Shown in pieces: positions 12,197-22,200 of a stretch of DNA of 49,221 nt (positions within the stretch are counted from its first letter, which is position 1; each line of letters opens with the position of its first letter). The stretch is from the sequence record SRR31147125_5119. One strand, written 5' to 3'. A program made the position numbers and the translations under genes. Below the pieces are notes generated by a model. The model ran no database searches and had not been told where the DNA came from. It was given only the letters and a program-made list of their open reading frames with translations.

Positions 12197-12820
12197 TCAA
12201 GTACCCTGATTTTGGATCATAAAAATGACCTGTTCAGCAAATAAGTTGGGTGCCATTGTAGCCAGCACACCCGCTTTTCTATCTCTACCAAGATTTATTT
12301 GTTTTATAATTCGAATATTTTCCTTTTTGCAAAAATTCCAGAAATCCTTTATTGTTAACAAGTGTATATTTGGTGTATCATACCATTCATAGGGTAGTTC
12401 CTTTGTCACCGGCATTTTACCTCTGAAAAACAGATGGCTACGAACTTTGCAAAATCCAAAATTGGGAAAACTCACAATGCCGGTTTTACCGACTCTGAGC
12501 ATGTCCTTCAAGAGTAAATTGGGTTTTTTAACTACATGTAATGTGCGACTGAGCACGACATAATCAAAAAAGTTATCCGGATAATCCCCAAGCCCTTCAT
12601 CCAGATCGGATTGAATGACAGGTACACCCTTTTCAATACATTTGCAAATATACTCCTCCAGGAGTTCCATTCCGTGGCACTGGCACTCTTTTGCATGCAT
12701 TAAAATATCTAAAAGTTCACCGGCACCACACCCTAAATCCAAAACAGATGAATTGCTCTGAATCAGATCAGCAATTATTCGAAGATCAATACGAATTTGA
12801 CCATATTTTTTATAAATCAT
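12197..12820 (-). CDS. metW: Methionine biosynthesis protein MetW (SAM-binding fold)
   Basis: VLDLGCGAG, SFPNFG, LPYEWYDTPNIH; directly downstream of metX. Confidence 0.93.
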   Translation of the reverse strand: MIYKKYGQIRIDLRIIADLIQSNSSVLDLGCGAGELLDILMHAKECQCHGMELLEEYICKCIEKGVPVIQSDLDEGLGDYPDNFFDYVVLSRTLHVVKKPNLLLKDMLRVGKTGIVSFPNFGFCKVRSHLFFRGKMPVTKELPYEWYDTPNIHLLTIKDFWNFCKKENIRIIKQINLGRDRKAGVLATMAPNLFAEQVIFMIQNQGT

Positions 12821-12831
12821 GCCGGCACCTT

Positions 12832-13980
12832 TCAGGACTTTACCAGAGATAAAAAGTCAGAGATCATTTTTTCCATTGTCGCATTTCTTAATAAAAAGGT
12901 GTCATGACCGTAGGATGAGGGGATCTCGCAAAAGGTCACGTTTTTACGATTCACTTTAAGAGCACGCACGATATCTTTGGATTGTTCTGTTGGAAACAGC
13001 CAATCTGAAGAGAAAGAAAGCACCAGAAATTTTGCCAGTACTTTGCTGAAAGCATCTTCCAGAGTGCCATAGTCTCGAATTAAATCAAAATAATCAATGG
13101 CTTTTGTTATATATAAATAAGTATTTGCATCAAACCGTTTGATAAAGCTTTCACCTTGATAACGCAGGTAACTCTCTACTTCAAAATCCGTGGAAAAATC
13201 AAAATCATATTTTTCTTTTTCCTGTAATTTACGACCGAATTTGGCGTGCATGGATTCTTCGCTAAGATAAGTAATGTGCGCCAGCATACGGGCTGCTGCC
13301 AGGCCCCGTGCAGGGATGACATTGTCCTCAAGGTATTTTCCTTTTTTCCAGTTGGCATCCGCATAGATAGCCTGTCGGCCTACTTCATCAAAAGCAATGC
13401 CTTGCGCATTTAAACGACTGGTTGTGGCAATTGGAAGGGCAGACGCTACTCTGTCAGGGTATTCAATAGCCCATTCGAGTACCTGCATACCTCCCATGGA
13501 ACCACCAGCCACACTGTGCAGTTTTTGTATACCAAGATGATCTATTAGATGGTTTTGTGCCTTCACCATATCACCAATAGTAATCACAGGGAAATTCATG
13601 CCAAAAGATTTTCCTGTTTTAGCATCGATGCTGGAAGGGCCTGTCGAACCTTTGCAACCTCCAATCACATTTGAACAGATTATAAAATACTTTTCAGTAT
13701 CAAAAGGTCTGCCTGCTCCAATCATAAAATCCCACCAACCCGGTTTTCGATCGTTTTCAGAGTGATAACCTGCGACATGGGCATCGCCTGAAAGCGCATG
13801 TGTGATCAGAATGGCATTGTCTTTTGATTCATTCAGACGGCCGTACGTTTCGTAGGCCAGGGTGATAGGGCCAAGACGTTCGGTATTCTCCAGTTCCATT
13901 TCATTGGGAGGTTCAGCAAACGTAAAATATTTTGTTTCAACAATACCAACAGAACCTTGTTCGAATTTCATGGCGACCAC
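12832..13980 (-). CDS. metX: Homoserine O-acetyltransferase
   Basis: [22 protein letters not shown] nucleophile, RFDANTY, GHDTFL; alternative ATG at 13971. Confidence 0.95.
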   Translation of the reverse strand: MVAMKFEQGSVGIVETKYFTFAEPPNEMELENTERLGPITLAYETYGRLNESKDNAILITHALSGDAHVAGYHSENDRKPGWWDFMIGAGRPFDTEKYFIICSNVIGGCKGSTGPSSIDAKTGKSFGMNFPVITIGDMVKAQNHLIDHLGIQKLHSVAGGSMGGMQVLEWAIEYPDRVASALPIATTSRLNAQGIAFDEVGRQAIYADANWKKGKYLEDNVIPARGLAAARMLAHITYLSEESMHAKFGRKLQEKEKYDFDFSTDFEVESYLRYQGESFIKRFDANTYLYITKAIDYFDLIRDYGTLEDAFSKVLAKFLVLSFSSDWLFPTEQSKDIVRALKVNRKNVTFCEIPSSYGHDTFLLRNATMEKMISDFLSLVKS

Positions 13981-14034
13981 TTGAATTTTTAATTTAGTGA
14001 GTAGTGAAAAAAAGATTGGGTCTATAAAAGAGGC

Positions 14035-14135
14035 AATGATGTGCAGGTCTAAATTTTAAACATACACATCACCCTTCTCGTTCGATTCCTGAAAATTATA
14101 ACAATAAATATAACGGATATAACACTATTAATCAA
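14035..14135 (-). promoter_or_regulatory. Internal promoter plus hairpin/mini-ORF leader of metX
   Basis: TTGATT-17-TATATT (14135-14107), then ATG TGT ATG TTT AAA ATT TAG (14069-14049) inside a roughly 16-bp hairpin (14073-14035) whose imperfect pairs are mostly G-U on the mRNA strand. Confidence 0.5.
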
Positions 14136-14221
14136 CTATAATTCATCACCTCAAAAACCGGGTCGTTAAAATACCACACTGTTTTTTAACGTGATTTGAA
14201 ATTAAGAATTTGAATGGAATA

Positions 14222-15511
14222 TTATGACTTTGCGAGTGCCTGATCAATATCCCTGATAAGATCCTCAACGTTCTCAATGCCAATAGACAGCCTGACCAGT
14301 TCCGGAGTCAGATTTGAAGCCTTTTGTTCCTCAACAGAGAGTTGAGAATGGGTTGTGCTGGATGGATGTATCGCCAGACTTTTTGCATCACCTACATTAG
14401 CCAGATGAGAAATAAGATTTAAATTGTTGATAAAGTTTTTTCCTCCTTCAAAACCTTCACTGGCACCAAAAACAACCATACCACCAAAACCTTTTTTAAG
14501 ATATTTACTGGCAACAGGATAACTCGGATCATCCTCAAGCCCGGGATATCTTACCCAGGCAACTTTATCATGGGATTTCAGATATTCTGCTATTTTTTGA
14601 GCATTTTCGCAATGACGTTGCATTCTCAGAGGTAATGTTTCAATTCCCTGTAAAAATATCCAGGCATTATCCGGAGAGATACACGCTCCGAGATTTCTCA
14701 AAGGAACCAGTCTTAATCTCATAATATAGGCCAGATGATTCATATCGCCAAGGTCATGCGCATATCTTATTCCATGATAGCTTTCATCCGGCTCATTAAA
14801 GAGGGTGAATTTGGGATGTGTCCAATCAAACGTGCCTGAATCAACAACGATACCACCGATCCCAGCTCCGTGCCCACCCAACCATTTCGTTAATGAGTGT
14901 ATAACAATGTCTGCTCCGTAGTCAATAGGTCTGAGCAGATAAGGGGTGGTAAAAGTCGCATCAACAATTAATGGTAGATGATGCTTGTGTGCAACCTGGG
15001 CAATTTTTTCGATATCAGCTACCTGTAAAGCGGGATTGCCGATGGTCTCGATATAAATCACTTTGGTTTTATCGGTAATCGCTTTTTCAAAATTTTCCGC
15101 TTTTTCCGGGTCGACAAATGTGGTGGTAATTCCGAATTGTGGCAAAATATTGTTAAACATGGTGTAAGTGCCACCATAAAGGTCATTTGCTGAAACAATT
15201 TCATCTCCGGCAGAACAGATATTAATAATGGCGTAATGAATTGCAGATGTTCCTGAAGACAATGCCAGGGCAGCGGCGCCTCCTTCAAGGGCAGCCACTC
15301 GTTGCTCTAAAATGTCCTGAGTAGGATTCATAATACGTGTGTAAATATTTCCGGGTTCTTTCAAGGCAAACAGATTTGCGGCATGCTCTGTACTGTTAAA
15401 GACGTATGAGCTTGTTCTGTAGACTGCCAGGCCTCTGGCGTTTGTTGTGGGATCCGGTTGCTGGCCGGCATGTAAGGCTAACGTTTCGAATGCATAATTG
15501 TTTGTTGACAT
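14222..15511 (-). CDS. metY: O-acetylhomoserine aminocarboxypropyltransferase (sulfhydrylase)
   Basis: FETLALHAGQ, GNIYTRIMNPT, PLP lysine in HSLTKWLGGHG, ANVGDAKSL; start set at ATG 15511 after an AAGGAG ribosome-binding site. Confidence 0.95.
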   Translation of the reverse strand: MSTNNYAFETLALHAGQQPDPTTNARGLAVYRTSSYVFNSTEHAANLFALKEPGNIYTRIMNPTQDILEQRVAALEGGAAALALSSGTSAIHYAIINICSAGDEIVSANDLYGGTYTMFNNILPQFGITTTFVDPEKAENFEKAITDKTKVIYIETIGNPALQVADIEKIAQVAHKHHLPLIVDATFTTPYLLRPIDYGADIVIHSLTKWLGGHGAGIGGIVVDSGTFDWTHPKFTLFNEPDESYHGIRYAHDLGDMNHLAYIMRLRLVPLRNLGACISPDNAWIFLQGIETLPLRMQRHCENAQKIAEYLKSHDKVAWVRYPGLEDDPSYPVASKYLKKGFGGMVVFGASEGFEGGKNFINNLNLISHLANVGDAKSLAIHPSSTTHSQLSVEEQKASNLTPELVRLSIGIENVEDLIRDIDQALAKS

Positions 15512-15556
15512 TTGATGCTCCTTTGTATAAATCAAAATTTTATATTCATGTTGATA

Positions 15557-16012
15557 TTAAATTTGGTACATATACGCTGAATTCTGCATTTGTAATTCTT
15601 TGGTCCGTTTCATCATATCGGCAAAAGTCACGTGATCGACAATGTGAGAAATCGCATCAGTGACTTTTAACCAGATCTCCCGAAATGCACATGTTTTTAT
15701 ATCATTACAAAAAGACGCAGAATTGTCGTTTTTACAGGATATTGGTTCAATAGTTCCTTCTATAAGCCTGATAATTTCGCCCAGTGTTACATCTTCCGGT
15801 GGTTTGGCGAGAATAAAACCGCCTCCGATTCCTCGTTTGCTTTCAACATAGCCGGCGTTTTTAAGGAGGAGCATGATTTGCTCAAGAAATTTAACGGGAA
15901 TATCGTTTCTTTTGGATATATCCGTCAATGGGATTACTTTACCGCTTTGATAGTGAAAAGAAAGGTCTAAAATCGCTTTCAAAGCATAATCGCCTTTAAA
16001 GGTAATTTTCAT
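15557..16012 (-). CDS. Rrf2 family transcriptional regulator (IscR/CymR-like)
   Basis: MKITFKGDYAL, FLEQIM, VESKRGIGGGF; three cysteines (C-x8-C-x5-C); C-terminus YMYQI; start set at ATG 16012. Confidence 0.92.
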   Translation of the reverse strand: MKITFKGDYALKAILDLSFHYQSGKVIPLTDISKRNDIPVKFLEQIMLLLKNAGYVESKRGIGGGFILAKPPEDVTLGEIIRLIEGTIEPISCKNDNSASFCNDIKTCAFREIWLKVTDAISHIVDHVTFADMMKRTKELQMQNSAYMYQI

Positions 16013-16029
16013 GTGGTTCTCAAATATTA

Positions 16030-16079
16030 TAAATATGATTGAATTAGTCATATTTAAGCAAAATATTACATAAATGCAA
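16030..16079 (-). promoter_or_regulatory. rrf2-met promoter with an overlapping IscR-type palindromic operator
   Basis: TTGCAT-17-TAAATA (16079-16051); inverted repeat TAAATATGA-N9-TCATATTTA (16030-16056) whose core GACTAATTCAATC matches IscR type-1 GACTRwwwYAGTC with one mismatch. Confidence 0.6.
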
Positions 16080-16262
16080 GAAAATTTTAATATTTCATAA
16101 ATTAATTATAAAATGTATTTAGATTACCTAATAAATCTAACTATTTAAATAAAATACTTGAATGATTTAGTATAATTTGTTAACTTGGAATATTAATGTG
16201 ATTAATTTGTTAAAATATAGATTATTAATAGAGTTTATATAAACGAATAAGCAGATATTCAA

Positions 16263-16430
16263 ATGAACAAAACGTTATTTAGAAAAAATATTTTTCAATG
16301 CCATTGGCTGGTCGACCGAATATCTGCTATGTTTATTTTTGTCAATGCGATTTTCCTATCTGTTTTGTCTCTCGCCAGAATTACTTCGATTACTTTTTTA
16401 TCCCTATTTTTACTATTAATTATCGGTTAA
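16263..16430 (+). CDS. Putative ilv/leu attenuator leader peptide (55 aa, or 33 aa from ATG 16329)
   Basis: ORF ends LSLFLLLIIG* with codons TTA TCC CTA TTT TTA CTA TTA ATT ATC; an irregular hairpin (16432-16495) follows immediately, ahead of ilvD. Confidence 0.5.
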   Translation: MNKTLFRKNIFQCHWLVDRISAMFIFVNAIFLSVLSLARITSITFLSLFLLLIIG

Positions 16431-16539
16431 TAAAGCCGGGCCTCAAAATCCTTTCTAAAATTCCGTTCAGAGTGGGGTCGAGGTCTGATGGCTTTGTAAT
16501 TATATATTTATATCAATTTGAAAATTGAAAGGTAACAAC

Positions 16540-18210
16540 ATGAGATCTGACACAGTTAAAAAAGGAGTAGATAGAGCGCCACACAGGAGTCTCTTAAAAG
16601 CGACCGGAGTAAAAGACGCTGATTTTGACAAACCCTTTATCGGTATATGTAATTCTTATATCGATTTAATTCCTGGTCATGTTCATCTACAGGAATTTGG
16701 TCGCAAGGTTAAAGAGGCTGTTCGCAATGCAGGAGGCGTTCCTTTTGAGTTTAATACCATTGGGGTTGATGATGGTATTGCTATGGGGCATATAGGCATG
16801 AAATATAGCTTACCATCAAGGGAGCTCATAGCCGATAGCGTTGAGACTGTAGCAGCAGCTCATTGTCTGGATGCTCTTGTTTGTATTCCGAATTGTGACA
16901 AGATTGTTCCAGGCATGCTTATGGCTGCAGCTCGTTTGAATATTCCCACTATCTTTATATCCGGAGGCCCGATGAAGGCGGGTTTTACTTCTTCCGGGCA
17001 AAAAGTAGATCTCATTTCTGTTTTTGAAGGTGTCGGTCAATTCCATGCCGGAAAAATTAACGAATCAGCTTTAAAAGAGCTTGAGGATAATGGTTGTCCG
17101 GGTTGTGGTAGTTGTTCCGGTATGTTTACGGCCAATAGTATGAATTGTCTAATGGAAGCATTAGGTATGGCTCTTCCCGGTAATGGAACCATTTTGGCTG
17201 TCGATCCGAAAAGAGATGAGTTGATAAATAAGGTGGGTGAAAGAATAATGGATCTCATCAGCAAAGATGTAAAGCCTTTGGATATTTTGACAGAGGATAC
17301 GTTTAAAAATGCTTTTGCTCTGGATCTTGCTATGGGTGGCTCGACAAATACCATCCTGCATACTTTTGCGATAGCCATTGAAGCCGGAGTAAATTTAGAA
17401 CTTGCAGACCTGAATGATATGGCAGATAAAGTGCCCTATCTTTGTAAGGTAGCTCCTGCCACAAAGGAAGTGCATGTTGAAGATGTAGATCGTGCCGGTG
17501 GCATATCAGCGATTCTGTCTGAATTGTCCCGAATACCGAATCTATTAAATCTGGACCGGCCGACAGTTACAGGTCAGACCCTTGGTGATAATATAAAAGA
17601 CGCGAAAAATTCAGATGAAAAAGTGATTCGTACTCTGGAGAATCCCTATTCTGCTAAAGGTGGCTTGTCCATACTTTATGGAAATCTTGCACCGCTGGGT
17701 TCTGTTGTTAAAACCGGAGCCGTGGCAGAGCAGATGTGGCAGCATTCAGGGCCGGCGCGAATATTTAACAGTGAAGATGAGTGTATAGAGGCCATAAATT
17801 CCGGAAGAATTGTTGCAGGTGATGTTGTTGTAATACGGTATGAAGGACCGAAGGGTGGTCCAGGTATGCCTGAAATGCTTTCTCCGACATCAGCCATTAT
17901 GGGAATGGATCTCGGCGATTCTGTGGCCCTGATAACAGATGGTCGATTCTCCGGTGGCACAAGAGGTGCCTGTATCGGTCATGTAAGTCCGGAAGCGGCT
18001 GCCAAAGGACCAATTGCCGCTCTGAATGAGGGTGACATGATCCAGATCGATTTGCACAAAAGAACCTTGAACGTTGATTTGACGGATGAAGAGATAAAAA
18101 GCAGATTAGCCCGTTTACCCGAGTTTGAACCTAAAATTAAACGTGGTTGGCTGGCCAGGTATGTAAGATTTGTAACATCTGCGAATACCGGCGCAGTATT
18201 AAAAGTTTGA
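16540..18210 (+). CDS. ilvD: Dihydroxy-acid dehydratase
   Basis: [53 protein letters not shown] 16540 after an AAGG ribosome-binding site. Confidence 0.97.
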   Translation: MRSDTVKKGVDRAPHRSLLKATGVKDADFDKPFIGICNSYIDLIPGHVHLQEFGRKVKEAVRNAGGVPFEFNTIGVDDGIAMGHIGMKYSLPSRELIADSVETVAAAHCLDALVCIPNCDKIVPGMLMAAARLNIPTIFISGGPMKAGFTSSGQKVDLISVFEGVGQFHAGKINESALKELEDNGCPGCGSCSGMFTANSMNCLMEALGMALPGNGTILAVDPKRDELINKVGERIMDLISKDVKPLDILTEDTFKNAFALDLAMGGSTNTILHTFAIAIEAGVNLELADLNDMADKVPYLCKVAPATKEVHVEDVDRAGGISAILSELSRIPNLLNLDRPTVTGQTLGDNIKDAKNSDEKVIRTLENPYSAKGGLSILYGNLAPLGSVVKTGAVAEQMWQHSGPARIFNSEDECIEAINSGRIVAGDVVVIRYEGPKGGPGMPEMLSPTSAIMGMDLGDSVALITDGRFSGGTRGACIGHVSPEAAAKGPIAALNEGDMIQIDLHKRTLNVDLTDEEIKSRLARLPEFEPKIKRGWLARYVRFVTSANTGAVLKV

Positions 18211-18244
18211 TTATTGATATTAACCTAATAATAAGGTATAAAAT

Positions 18245-19969
18245 ATGGTCGTTCAATCGCCTCGTAAGATAACGGGAGCGGACATATTCTTTGAAGCTCT
18301 GCGCCGGGAGGGTGTCGATACGATATTTGGATATCCCGGAGGTGCTGTTCTTCCTGTCTATGATAAACTGTATGATGTGGATTTTTTAACCCACGTTCTT
18401 GTCTGGCATGAGCAAGGTGCAACTCATATGGCGGAGGGTTATGCCAAGGCAACAGGTAAGCCGGGTGTCGTATTGGTCACGTCAGGACCTGGTGCAACCA
18501 ATACCGTCACAGGCATTACCGATGCTTATATGGATTCAATTCCGATTGTTGTTTTTACCGGACAGGTACCCAGTCACCTCATTGGCAATGATGCCTTTCA
18601 GGAAGCGGATACAATTGGTATCACACGTTCCATCACCAAATGGAGTTGTCTGGTTACAGAGGTTTCTGAAATAGCGCCTGTTATTCGAAAGGCGTTCCAT
18701 ATCGCCACGACAGGCCGGCCCGGCCCAGTGGTTGTGGACCTGTGCAAGGATGCCATGATGAGTAAAGGCACGTCTGATTTTACGGAACACTTTGATATCA
18801 AAGGATACAAGCCTCAGGTAAGCGGACATCCCGTAATGATCAAAAATGCGGCTCAAACCATCAAAAAATCAAAACGACCTCTCATATATGCAGGTGGAGG
18901 CGTTATTTTGGCTAATGCTGGTAAAGAAATGATGGAATTCGCGCATCGCACAGGTATTCCGGTTACCCTGACTCTACATGGATTGGGTGGATTTCCTGGC
19001 AATGATGAACAGTTTCTCGGTATGTTGGGAATGCACGGTACTTTTACAGCAAATATGGCGGTAAATGAATGTGATTGCCTTATTGCAATTGGAGCACGAT
19101 TTGATGATCGTGTGACAGGTAAAATATCCGAATTTGCGGCAAACGCAAAAAAAGTACATATTGATATCGATCCGGCGTCCATTAATAAAAATGTTCAGGT
19201 TAATCATCCCATTGTTGGTGATGTGGGCCATATTTTAAAACACATGAATACATTGTTTGATGAAAAGTTGGCGTTATCAGAGTGGTGGGATCAGATTAAA
19301 TTTTGGCAAACCCAAAGCCCAATCGAATTGCCTCCTGAGGATGGGAAACTGCGTCCCCAAAACATTATTAGAAAGTATTCTGATTATACACAAGGGAAAG
19401 CTGTTGTTATTACAGATGTTGGGCAACATCAGATGTGGACAGCACAGCATTTTTCGTTTAATTATGAACGCTCTCATATTACGTCAGGTGGATTGGGAAC
19501 AATGGGTTTTTCTCTGCCGGCAGCTATTGGCGCCGCGTTTGGAGTTAAAGATCGGCCAGTGTTATCGTTTTCCGGTGACGGTGGTGTTGTTATGAATATT
19601 CAGGAATTGATTACCGCAGCTTATTATAAATTGCCTGTCAAATTTATTATTTTTAATAATAATTTTCTTGGCATGGTGCGGCAATGGCAGGAGCTCTTTC
19701 ATGATTCACGGTTTTCATATACAGATCTGTCTCACAGTAATCCGGATTTTATTCGGGTAGCAGAAGGCATGGGTTGTAAAGCACGTCAAATTACGCACTC
19801 AAAAGATCTTGATGAATCCATTGAATGGGCTTTTAGTGTTAACGACGGCCCGGTTGTTATAGAGTATGTTACAGTACAAGAAGAAATGGTATTTCCTATC
19901 ATACCAAGTGGAGCTGCCGTTGGTGATATTATTATGAAACGTCTTGATCCCGAAGAATTTGATGTCTAA
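18245..19969 (+). CDS. ilvB: Acetolactate synthase large subunit, biosynthetic
   Basis: FGYPGGA, HEQGA, TSGPGATN, RFDDRVTG, DVGQHQMW, GDGG TPP motif, LGMVRQWQ. Confidence 0.95.
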   Translation: MVVQSPRKITGADIFFEALRREGVDTIFGYPGGAVLPVYDKLYDVDFLTHVLVWHEQGATHMAEGYAKATGKPGVVLVTSGPGATNTVTGITDAYMDSIPIVVFTGQVPSHLIGNDAFQEADTIGITRSITKWSCLVTEVSEIAPVIRKAFHIATTGRPGPVVVDLCKDAMMSKGTSDFTEHFDIKGYKPQVSGHPVMIKNAAQTIKKSKRPLIYAGGGVILANAGKEMMEFAHRTGIPVTLTLHGLGGFPGNDEQFLGMLGMHGTFTANMAVNECDCLIAIGARFDDRVTGKISEFAANAKKVHIDIDPASINKNVQVNHPIVGDVGHILKHMNTLFDEKLALSEWWDQIKFWQTQSPIELPPEDGKLRPQNIIRKYSDYTQGKAVVITDVGQHQMWTAQHFSFNYERSHITSGGLGTMGFSLPAAIGAAFGVKDRPVLSFSGDGGVVMNIQELITAAYYKLPVKFIIFNNNFLGMVRQWQELFHDSRFSYTDLSHSNPDFIRVAEGMGCKARQITHSKDLDESIEWAFSVNDGPVVIEYVTVQEEMVFPIIPSGAAVGDIIMKRLDPEEFDV

Positions 19970-20020
19970 TAAAGTCTAATATTAATACTTGTATATCATT
20001 GTAATAAAAGAAAAAAGGAA

Positions 20021-21436
20021 ATGAACATGTCAGAATTGCCAAAAACAATGTTTGAGAAGATTTGGGAAAATCATGTTGTTGCATCTGAACCCAATGCTCC
20101 ATCAATATTGTATATTGATTTGCAACTCATTCATGAAGTGACATCTCCTCAGGCATTTCAAGGATTGCGAGAGAAAGGCTTAAAAGTACGAAAACCATCC
20201 CAGACTGTTGCAACGATGGATCATTCCATACCGACAACGGATCCATCCATACCGATTACTGATGCTTTGGCAGCAGCTCAAATTAAAAAGATGGAAGATA
20301 ATTGTAAAGAATTTGGTGTTCCACTTCATGGGATGAAGGATAAAACACGAGGTATTGTACACGTTATTGGACCGGAATTAGGCTTAACCCAGCCTGGGAT
20401 GACTATTGTTTGTGGAGATAGCCATACCAGCACACATGGCGCCTTTGGGGCGTTAGCATTTGGTATTGGCACAAGTGAGGTGGAACATGTTATGGCCACT
20501 CAAACGCTGCTGCAAACGAAAGCCAAAACAATGAAGGTGATAATAGACGGACAACTTCAAGAAGGCGTCGGCGCAAAAGATATTATTCTTGCACTTATAG
20601 CCAGGATAGGTGTTGGTGGAGGTACCGGTTATGTTCTTGAATATACAGGTAGCGCCATAAAGTCCCTGAATATGGAAGAAAGAATGACCATCTGTAACAT
20701 GAGCATTGAAGCCGGAGCACGGGCAGGATTGATTGCGCCGGATGAAACAACATTTGCCTATATCAAAGGCCGCAAGCATGCACCGCAAGGTAAGGAGTGG
20801 GACGAGGCTGTCAAGAATTGGAAAAATCTTCCCTCAGACGAAGGCGCGGTTTTTGATGAAACTATTCATCTGGATGCCACTGAATTGAGACCCATGATCA
20901 CGTATGGTACAAATCCAGGCATGGGTATTCCGATTGATGGAACGATACCGGATCCTGCCGAGATCACGGAAGAAACACAGAAACAGGCATTACAAAAAGC
21001 ACTTACCTATATGGGTTTGCAGCCTGGCAAATCTTTGATTGGACAGCCGGTTGATGTTGTGTTTATCGGTAGTTGTACCAATTCGAGAATCAGTGATTTG
21101 AGAAGTGCCGCAAAAGTATTAAAAGGCCGCAAAGTCTCATCCAGCACGAGAGTTATGGTTGTACCGGGTTCCCAACTGGTTAAAAATCAGGCAGAGGATG
21201 AAGGTTTGGATGTTATTTTTAAAGACGCAGGTGCAGAATGGCGTGAAGCGGGTTGCAGTATGTGTATCGCTATGAACGGTGATCAGTTGAAACCAGGCCA
21301 ATATGCTGTGAGTACCAGTAATAGAAATTTTGAAGGTCGGCAAGGGAAAAATGGACGTACTTTTTTGGCCAGTCCTCTCACAGCTGCCGCATCAGCCATT
21401 ACGGGTAAAGTCACGGATATTCGAACATTATTATAA
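20021..21436 (+). CDS. leuC: 3-isopropylmalate dehydratase large subunit
   Basis: [44 protein letters not shown]. Confidence 0.97.
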   Translation: MNMSELPKTMFEKIWENHVVASEPNAPSILYIDLQLIHEVTSPQAFQGLREKGLKVRKPSQTVATMDHSIPTTDPSIPITDALAAAQIKKMEDNCKEFGVPLHGMKDKTRGIVHVIGPELGLTQPGMTIVCGDSHTSTHGAFGALAFGIGTSEVEHVMATQTLLQTKAKTMKVIIDGQLQEGVGAKDIILALIARIGVGGGTGYVLEYTGSAIKSLNMEERMTICNMSIEAGARAGLIAPDETTFAYIKGRKHAPQGKEWDEAVKNWKNLPSDEGAVFDETIHLDATELRPMITYGTNPGMGIPIDGTIPDPAEITEETQKQALQKALTYMGLQPGKSLIGQPVDVVFIGSCTNSRISDLRSAAKVLKGRKVSSSTRVMVVPGSQLVKNQAEDEGLDVIFKDAGAEWREAGCSMCIAMNGDQLKPGQYAVSTSNRNFEGRQGKNGRTFLASPLTAAASAITGKVTDIRTLL

Positions 21437-21495
21437 TCAGGACTGCAGTTGAATTTTTTCAAGGCAAAAGTATAAATAATGAATAGAGGATAGAC

Positions 21496-22104
21496 ATGGA
21501 AGCATATACAACGTTAACAAGCACATTTGTTGCCATTCCGGTAAATGACACTGATACAGATCAAATTATACCAGCCCGATTTTTAAAGGTCACTGATAAA
21601 GCTGGTTTGGGTGATAACCTGTTTTGTGATTGGCGATATCATGAAGATGGTTCCCCAATAGTTGATTTTATTTTAAACAAGCCAGAGGCAAAGGACGCAA
21701 AAATACTGGTTGGTGGAGATAATTTCGGTTGTGGTTCAAGCCGGGAACATGCTCCCTGGGCACTTATGGGTTATGGCTTTAAAGCTGTAATCAGTACGCG
21801 TTTTGCAGATATTTTTAAAAACAATTCGCTAAAAAATGGCCTTTTACCAGTTTTGGTTGACGCAAAAACGTTACAGGAATTAACAAATCTTGCTCAGGAA
21901 GGTTCAGATTCGTTACTTACAATCGAGTTGGAAGAACAAATCCTTGTCCTGCCAGATGGGCGCAAGATCACTTTTCCGATTGATGACTTTAGCAAGATGT
22001 GTTTATTGAACGGAATCGATCAACTTGGTTATATCCAAAAACACATGCCAGAGATTGAATCTTATGAGAAGAATCATCCTGCCAGGGTGAATTCACTACT
22101 GTAA
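21496..22104 (+). CDS. leuD: 3-isopropylmalate dehydratase small subunit
   Basis: DTDQIIPARFL, NFGCGSSREHAPW; GAGGA ribosome-binding site. Confidence 0.97.
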   Translation: MEAYTTLTSTFVAIPVNDTDTDQIIPARFLKVTDKAGLGDNLFCDWRYHEDGSPIVDFILNKPEAKDAKILVGGDNFGCGSSREHAPWALMGYGFKAVISTRFADIFKNNSLKNGLLPVLVDAKTLQELTNLAQEGSDSLLTIELEEQILVLPDGRKITFPIDDFSKMCLLNGIDQLGYIQKHMPEIESYEKNHPARVNSLL

Positions 22105-22106
22105 AT

Positions 22107-22145
22107 AAAAAAGCACCATGGGAAAAATCCTGTGGTGCTTTTTTT
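22107..22145. terminator. Bidirectional intrinsic terminator between leuD and gltD
   Basis: AAAAAAGCACCATGGGA-aaaa-TCCTGTGGTGCTTTTTTT between convergent genes. Confidence 0.9.
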
Positions 22146-22200
22146 GTGTATTATTCAAATCAATCTGAAAAGGATATAATTCTAACCGGGTATATTTTTT

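Noticed and set aside
16298-16528. 76-aa ORF from the track upstream of ilvD as a real gene
   Set aside because: No recognisable motif or SD; it overlaps the better-supported leader ORF and hairpin in another frame.
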